Under the pieces are notes generated by a model. The model did not search any database and had not been told where the DNA came from. It saw only the letters and a program-made list of their open reading frames with translations. A stretch of 64,000 bases of DNA from an uncultured Acidobacteriota bacterium (GTDB lineage: Bacteria; Acidobacteriota; Polarisedimenticolia; J045), in assembly GCA_964420365.1 (NCBI GenBank), contig CAYQTA010000011.1:13031-77030 (forward strand), read 5' to 3'. A program made the position numbers and the translations under genes. This document shows, piece by piece, positions 60,061 to 64,000 of this stretch (positions within the stretch are counted from its first letter, which is position 1; every line of letters starts with the position of its first letter).

Positions 60061-60235
60061 GCTCTGCTCCTCCTCGAAGTGGTGGCCGGATCCTCCCGGC
60101 ACCCCCGGGAGTAGCAAGAGGCGTGCTCAACGGTCAACTGGTTGAAGTAACAAGGGTTGCCCGGAAGACGGGCCGGCCGCGGGTCGCCGGGCCGTCCGGC
60201 TCCCGGACAACCTGTCCGGACAGGCGGACAGGCGG

Positions 60236-60796
60236 TCAGTCCCCGAGCAGCTCCCGGGCGGTGAACAGGGAGGCCACGGGCAAGCCGGCGGCCTCGAGGT
60301 TCTCTCTCCCCCCTTCCTCGCGATCGACGATCGCGACGAGGCCCAGGACCTCGAGCCCCTCGCCCCGACACGCCTCGAGGGCGCGGAGGGAACTTCCGCC
60401 CGTGGTGATGACGTCCTCGACGAGCACGACAGGGCTGCCGGCCGCGGGAGCTCCCTCGATGCGCCGTCCCGTGCCGTGGGCCTTCGCTTCCTTTCGCACC
60501 AGGAAGGCGGCCACGGGAGCCGGTCCCTCGAGCCAGGAGACGACGGACGCGGCGGTGGCGATCGGATCGGCGCCCAGGGTCATCCCGCCGACCGCCACCG
60601 GGTTCCAGTTCCTCTCGACGATGGCCCGGAGCACGAGGCGGCCGACCAGGACCGCTCCCTCCGGGTGGAGCGTCGTCCTGCGACAGTCCAGGTAGTAGTT
60701 CGAGGTCCGGCCGGAAGCGAGGACGAACGTTCCGCGCCGAAGCGACAGTTCCCGAAGGAGTTCCGCCAGCCGCTGCCTCCACTCCGCAGGATTCAT
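60236..60796 (-). CDS. pyrE: Orotate phosphoribosyltransferase
   Basis: Motifs FVLASGRTSNYYLD, GGMTLGADP, VRKEAKAHG and LVEDVITTGGS. Confidence 0.95.
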   Translation of the reverse strand: MNPAEWRQRLAELLRELSLRRGTFVLASGRTSNYYLDCRRTTLHPEGAVLVGRLVLRAIVERNWNPVAVGGMTLGADPIATAASVVSWLEGPAPVAAFLVRKEAKAHGTGRRIEGAPAAGSPVVLVEDVITTGGSSLRALEACRGEGLEVLGLVAIVDREEGGRENLEAAGLPVASLFTARELLGD

Positions 60797-60953
60797 CGTG
60801 CCTCCCGTTGCATCCCGTGCCGATCCGGTATATTTGTCGCGCCACGTTGCCCGTCCCCGCGGGGGGGCGGGCTATCCTAGCAACGGGAAGCCCCGCCGGA
60901 CAGGCCGCCCGGCCCGGGTCCGGCCGCTGTGCCACTCAAGGAGGTTCGGTTCC

Positions 60954-61505
60954 ATGCCCCTCGGTCTCCGCTCGTTCCTCGCAGCCGTCCTGTGCCTCGC
61001 CCTCGCGGCCGGCACCCTTCCCCCGGTGCTCGCCGCCCCGGCACCGGCGCGGGACGCCCACCTGGCCGGCGCGGTCTTCGGCGCCGACCTCCGCACTCCC
61101 GCGCCGGGTCTCGAGGTCCGGGCCCTCCCGGCGGGCGAGAAGACCCCGGTGGCGCAGGCGGTGACCGACCGCCGGGGCCGGTTCGACCTCGGCGACCTCC
61201 CGGCGGGCGAGTACCTGCTCGTGCTGGTGCGGCCGAAGGAAGAGACTCCCGTGGCCGCCGCCCGGGTGACGGCCCGGTCCGGCGATGCGACGCCGGTGGT
61301 CCTGGCCCTGCCGGGCGCGGACGCCCCGGGCGAAGCCCCGGCGGCATCGTCGGGCATGGCCGCCTGGATCGCCACGCCGATCGGCGCGACCGTCACCCTG
61401 GTCGCGGCCGCCGTCGTGATCGCGGTCGCCGCGGACAGCCTGTCGGACAACACGGAGACCCGGGAAGACGAACCGCCGGCCAGCGACTCCCTGCCGGCCC
61501 GTTGA
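60954..61505 (+). CDS. Secreted/membrane protein with a carboxypeptidase-regulatory-like domain and a C-terminal TM helix
   Basis: AAGGAGG RBS; signal peptide; AVTDRRGRFDLGDLPAGEY; C-terminal hydrophobic helix followed by an acidic tail. Confidence 0.65.
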   Translation: MPLGLRSFLAAVLCLALAAGTLPPVLAAPAPARDAHLAGAVFGADLRTPAPGLEVRALPAGEKTPVAQAVTDRRGRFDLGDLPAGEYLLVLVRPKEETPVAAARVTARSGDATPVVLALPGADAPGEAPAASSGMAAWIATPIGATVTLVAAAVVIAVAADSLSDNTETREDEPPASDSLPAR

Positions 61506-61528
61506 GCCCGGGGTCCCGGCCCGCCGGC

Positions 61529-61562
61529 CCCCCGTCCGCCCTCCCGGGCGGACGGGGGTTCT
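61529..61562 (+). terminator. Putative intrinsic terminator
   Basis: CCCCCGTCCGCCC-tccc-GGGCGGACGGGGG, a 13-bp perfect stem followed by TTCT, 23 nt after the stop at 61505. Confidence 0.55.
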
Positions 61563-61649
61563 CGTGTTCGCCGCCTCCTCGTCGCGGGAATCTCCCGGGC
61601 CAGCTAGACTTTGCGGGGTCCCGGGCGCGCGGCCGGGCCGGGAGGTGAC

Positions 61650-62942
61650 ATGGTTCGAGGACGGCGAACTCCCTTCATCGTGCTCCTGATCCTGCTGGCC
61701 ACGGGCCCGCTCCTCGTTCCCCCCGCGTTCGGCCAGACCCCGACGCGGGACCGGCCGTTCCCCGAGATGGAAGAGGGCCGCCGGTGGGGGCCGTTCCTCG
61801 TACAGCCCCTGTTCGTCATCGATCACATCGGCTACGACGACAACATCTACCTCGTTCCGGAGCAGTTCCGGGAGCCGGAGAGCGACTTCGTCATCCGCCT
61901 CGGCCCGGACGTGACCGCCCAGACCCGCTTCGGTCACCGGGTGGCCCTGACGATCCACGACAAGCTCTCCGGTGAGGTCTTCGTCCGCCACTCGAACCTC
62001 AACCATGCCGACAACGACCTCAAGACCCAGCTCGACGTCTTCCTCAACCGGTTCCTGCTGACGACGAAGGTCCGCTGGTGGACCTATCGGCAGCGCCCGA
62101 ACTCCGAGATCGACGAGCGCACCCGGCGGGACAGCCGGGACCTGCGGCAGGGGCTGCGCCTGTTCGCCAGCGAGAAGGTAGACCTGTACGGAGAAGTCCG
62201 GGCGAACCGGATCCGGTACAGCGACCCGGACTACCTGTACCGGGTCGACCCCGACGGAGACGGCACCTGGCAGGCGGTCACGATCGGGCAGGCGCTGGAC
62301 CGGGACCAGTCGGAGACCTCCGTCGAGATCGGCTGGCGTCCCCGCGGAACCACCCGGCTCTTCTTCCGGTACCGTTCCCGGGAGGACGACTTCGTCTACG
62401 ACGACCTGGGCCGGGACAGCCGGGAGCGGCGGCGGGAGATCGGCCTCGAGCTGCGGCCGAAGTCGTTCCTGTCGGGCAGGATCTCGTTCGGGAAGGCCCG
62501 GCTGCGGGCGGTGCACCAGACGTTCCCCTACCGCGAGTTCGACGGGAGCGTCAGCCGGGCCCAGGTCTCGTGGAAACCGACCGGGACGACGAAGTTCACC
62601 GGGAAGGTGGAGCGGGACGTCCGGTTCTCCACCTACCAGAACAACCTCTACTACGAGTACCGGCTGCGCAGCCTGCGCATGGACAGCTACCTCGGCTCCG
62701 TCTGGGGCGTCCAGGCCGGCTGGAGCATGCGCAAGCTGGACTGGCCGGAGAAGGGAACGATCACCCTGGTCGGCAAGCGGCGCCACGACGAGATCAAGGA
62801 GACCTTCTTCGGCGTGCTGCTGCGGCTGCCGGGGGGGGTCGACCTGGGGATCCGCTACGGGGTCCGGGACCGCACCTCGAACGAGGTTTGGGCCAGCGAT
62901 CGACAGACCTACATTATGACCACGGGTCGGTACACGTTCTGA
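61650..62942 (+). CDS. Outer-membrane beta-barrel protein of a polysaccharide export locus
   Basis: GGAGG upstream of the start; signal peptide; IGYDDNIY…ESDF; amphipathic strands; ends GRYTF; directly upstream of a wza-like gene. Confidence 0.72.
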   Translation: MVRGRRTPFIVLLILLATGPLLVPPAFGQTPTRDRPFPEMEEGRRWGPFLVQPLFVIDHIGYDDNIYLVPEQFREPESDFVIRLGPDVTAQTRFGHRVALTIHDKLSGEVFVRHSNLNHADNDLKTQLDVFLNRFLLTTKVRWWTYRQRPNSEIDERTRRDSRDLRQGLRLFASEKVDLYGEVRANRIRYSDPDYLYRVDPDGDGTWQAVTIGQALDRDQSETSVEIGWRPRGTTRLFFRYRSREDDFVYDDLGRDSRERRREIGLELRPKSFLSGRISFGKARLRAVHQTFPYREFDGSVSRAQVSWKPTGTTKFTGKVERDVRFSTYQNNLYYEYRLRSLRMDSYLGSVWGVQAGWSMRKLDWPEKGTITLVGKRRHDEIKETFFGVLLRLPGGVDLGIRYGVRDRTSNEVWASDRQTYIMTTGRYTF

Positions 62943-62962
62943 CCCGTGGACGAGGAGTTGCC

Positions 62963-63874
62963 ATGCGCGCCACCAGTATTCTCTTGGCTTTCGCCCTCCT
63001 GGCCGTCACGCCCCTCGTCCAGGCCGGGGATCCGTCCGGCACCACCCCGCCCACCGGGGAGACCGCCTCCCCGACCCGGGTCTTCGCGGTTCCCCGCGAC
63101 GCGAACGTGGCCGACTACGTGATCGGGGCCCACGACCTCCTGGAGATCTCGGTCTTCGAGCTGGACCAGTTGAACCGCACGGTCCGGGTCAACACCGAGG
63201 GCTCGATCACCCTCCCCCTCCTGGGGAAGATCCAGGTCGGGGGTCTCACCCCCGAGCAGGCCGAGGCCCAGATCGCCCGGATGCTCCAGGATCGCCACCT
63301 GGTCAAGAACCCCCAGGTGACGGTCTTCATCAAGGAGTTCGTCTCCCGCCGGGTCAGCGTCCAGGGCGCGGTGAACCGGGGCGGCCTGTACCCGATGCTC
63401 GGCCAGAAGACCCTCCTCGACATGATCGGCGAGGCGGGGGGCCTCTCCGACCGGGCAGGGAAGAAGATCTACATCCTGCGCCCCTACGCACCACCCGGGG
63501 AGGAGCGCATCGAGATCGACGCGGAGAAGCTGGTCTACGAGGCGGACCCGATGCTCAACGTCCCTCTCCAGCCGGGGGACATCATCATGGTCCCCTACCA
63601 GCGGAAGATCCGGATCTACGTCAACGGGGCGGTCCAGCAACCCGGGGTCAAGGAGTTCTTCGCGGACGAGGAGGTCACCCTGCTCCAGGCGGTGACCGCC
63701 GCGGGCGGCACGACCGACCGGGCCAACGAGAGCCGGGTCCAGGTGATTCGCCGACTGCCGGATGGCACGAAGCGGATGTTCAAGGTAAACCTCAAGAGGA
63801 TCAAGCGCGGCAGGGCCGAGGACCTGCTCCTCGAGCCGAACGATGTCGTCTACGTCCCGGAGTCGTTCTTCTGA
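62963..63874 (+). CDS. wza: Polysaccharide export protein (OPX/Wza family)
   Basis: PES motif DYVIGAHDLLEISVF…VRVNTEGSITLPLLG…GLT, SLBB repeats, LLLEPNDVVYVPES. Confidence 0.88.
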   Translation: MRATSILLAFALLAVTPLVQAGDPSGTTPPTGETASPTRVFAVPRDANVADYVIGAHDLLEISVFELDQLNRTVRVNTEGSITLPLLGKIQVGGLTPEQAEAQIARMLQDRHLVKNPQVTVFIKEFVSRRVSVQGAVNRGGLYPMLGQKTLLDMIGEAGGLSDRAGKKIYILRPYAPPGEERIEIDAEKLVYEADPMLNVPLQPGDIIMVPYQRKIRIYVNGAVQQPGVKEFFADEEVTLLQAVTAAGGTTDRANESRVQVIRRLPDGTKRMFKVNLKRIKRGRAEDLLLEPNDVVYVPESFF

Positions 63875-63911
63875 TCCGCACTGGTTCGGAACAGCTCCGG
63901 CGGAGAGCAGC

Positions 63912-64000
63912 ATGGCCGAGAACGAGACCCACCAGGAATTCAATCTCCGCGACTACTGGCAGATCCTCGTCCGCCGCCGGTGGCTGATCTACACGTGCGT
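63912..64000 (+). CDS. Polysaccharide co-polymerase (Wzc/Wzz family), 3' partial
   Basis: MAENETHQEFNLRDYWQILVRRRWLI, the typical co-polymerase N-terminus, downstream of wza. Confidence 0.75.
   Translation, partial: MAENETHQEFNLRDYWQILVRRRWLIYTC

Noticed and set aside
60824-60841. GG-N10-GC spacing (CGGTATATTTGTCGC) upstream of 60954 as a sigma-54 promoter
   Set aside because: It matches only the dinucleotides and lacks the CAC and TT consensus positions.

Overview
A very GC-rich bacterial chromosome segment, probably from an Acidobacteriota-like diderm (inferred from the Oar-type TonB-dependent receptor, PDZ histidine kinase and secreted FN3/TSP3 proteins). I saw no integrase, transposase, phage gene or CRISPR array. 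Most long ORFs in the six-frame track are antisense or off-frame shadows; about 47 real CDS plus tRNA-Cys(GCA) tile the window. In order: partial DUF6178-like gene; secreted SGNH-like protein; tRNA-Cys; trehalose cluster (DUF5752, treT, otsB, otsA); a six-gene tricarboxylate operon; methyltransferase; yraN, cysS, TonB receptor; NtrC regulator, PDZ histidine kinase, OM barrel; ABC exporter; GatC-GatA fusion, LysM amidase, two DUF3857/transglutaminase proteins (the first frameshifted), YcjF; SASA esterase; SDR, SnoaL; STAS-like protein, SphA barrel; uvrA; folD, coaE, tldD, pmbA; small membrane ORF, S9 peptidase, dienelactone-hydrolase-like lipoprotein; two diverged paralogs; pyrE; and the start of a Wza/Wzc polysaccharide export locus. 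The best candidate for an undescribed system is the operon at 7084-14910: an HD protein with an AD motif, PrpD, fungal-type homoaconitase, a homoisocitrate-dehydrogenase-like enzyme with an NADP-type signature, a CitD-CitE fusion and CitF, with no citC/citG/citX. It looks like a citrate-lyase-based homocitrate pathway without homocitrate synthase. Family assignments come from recalled motifs, not database searches.
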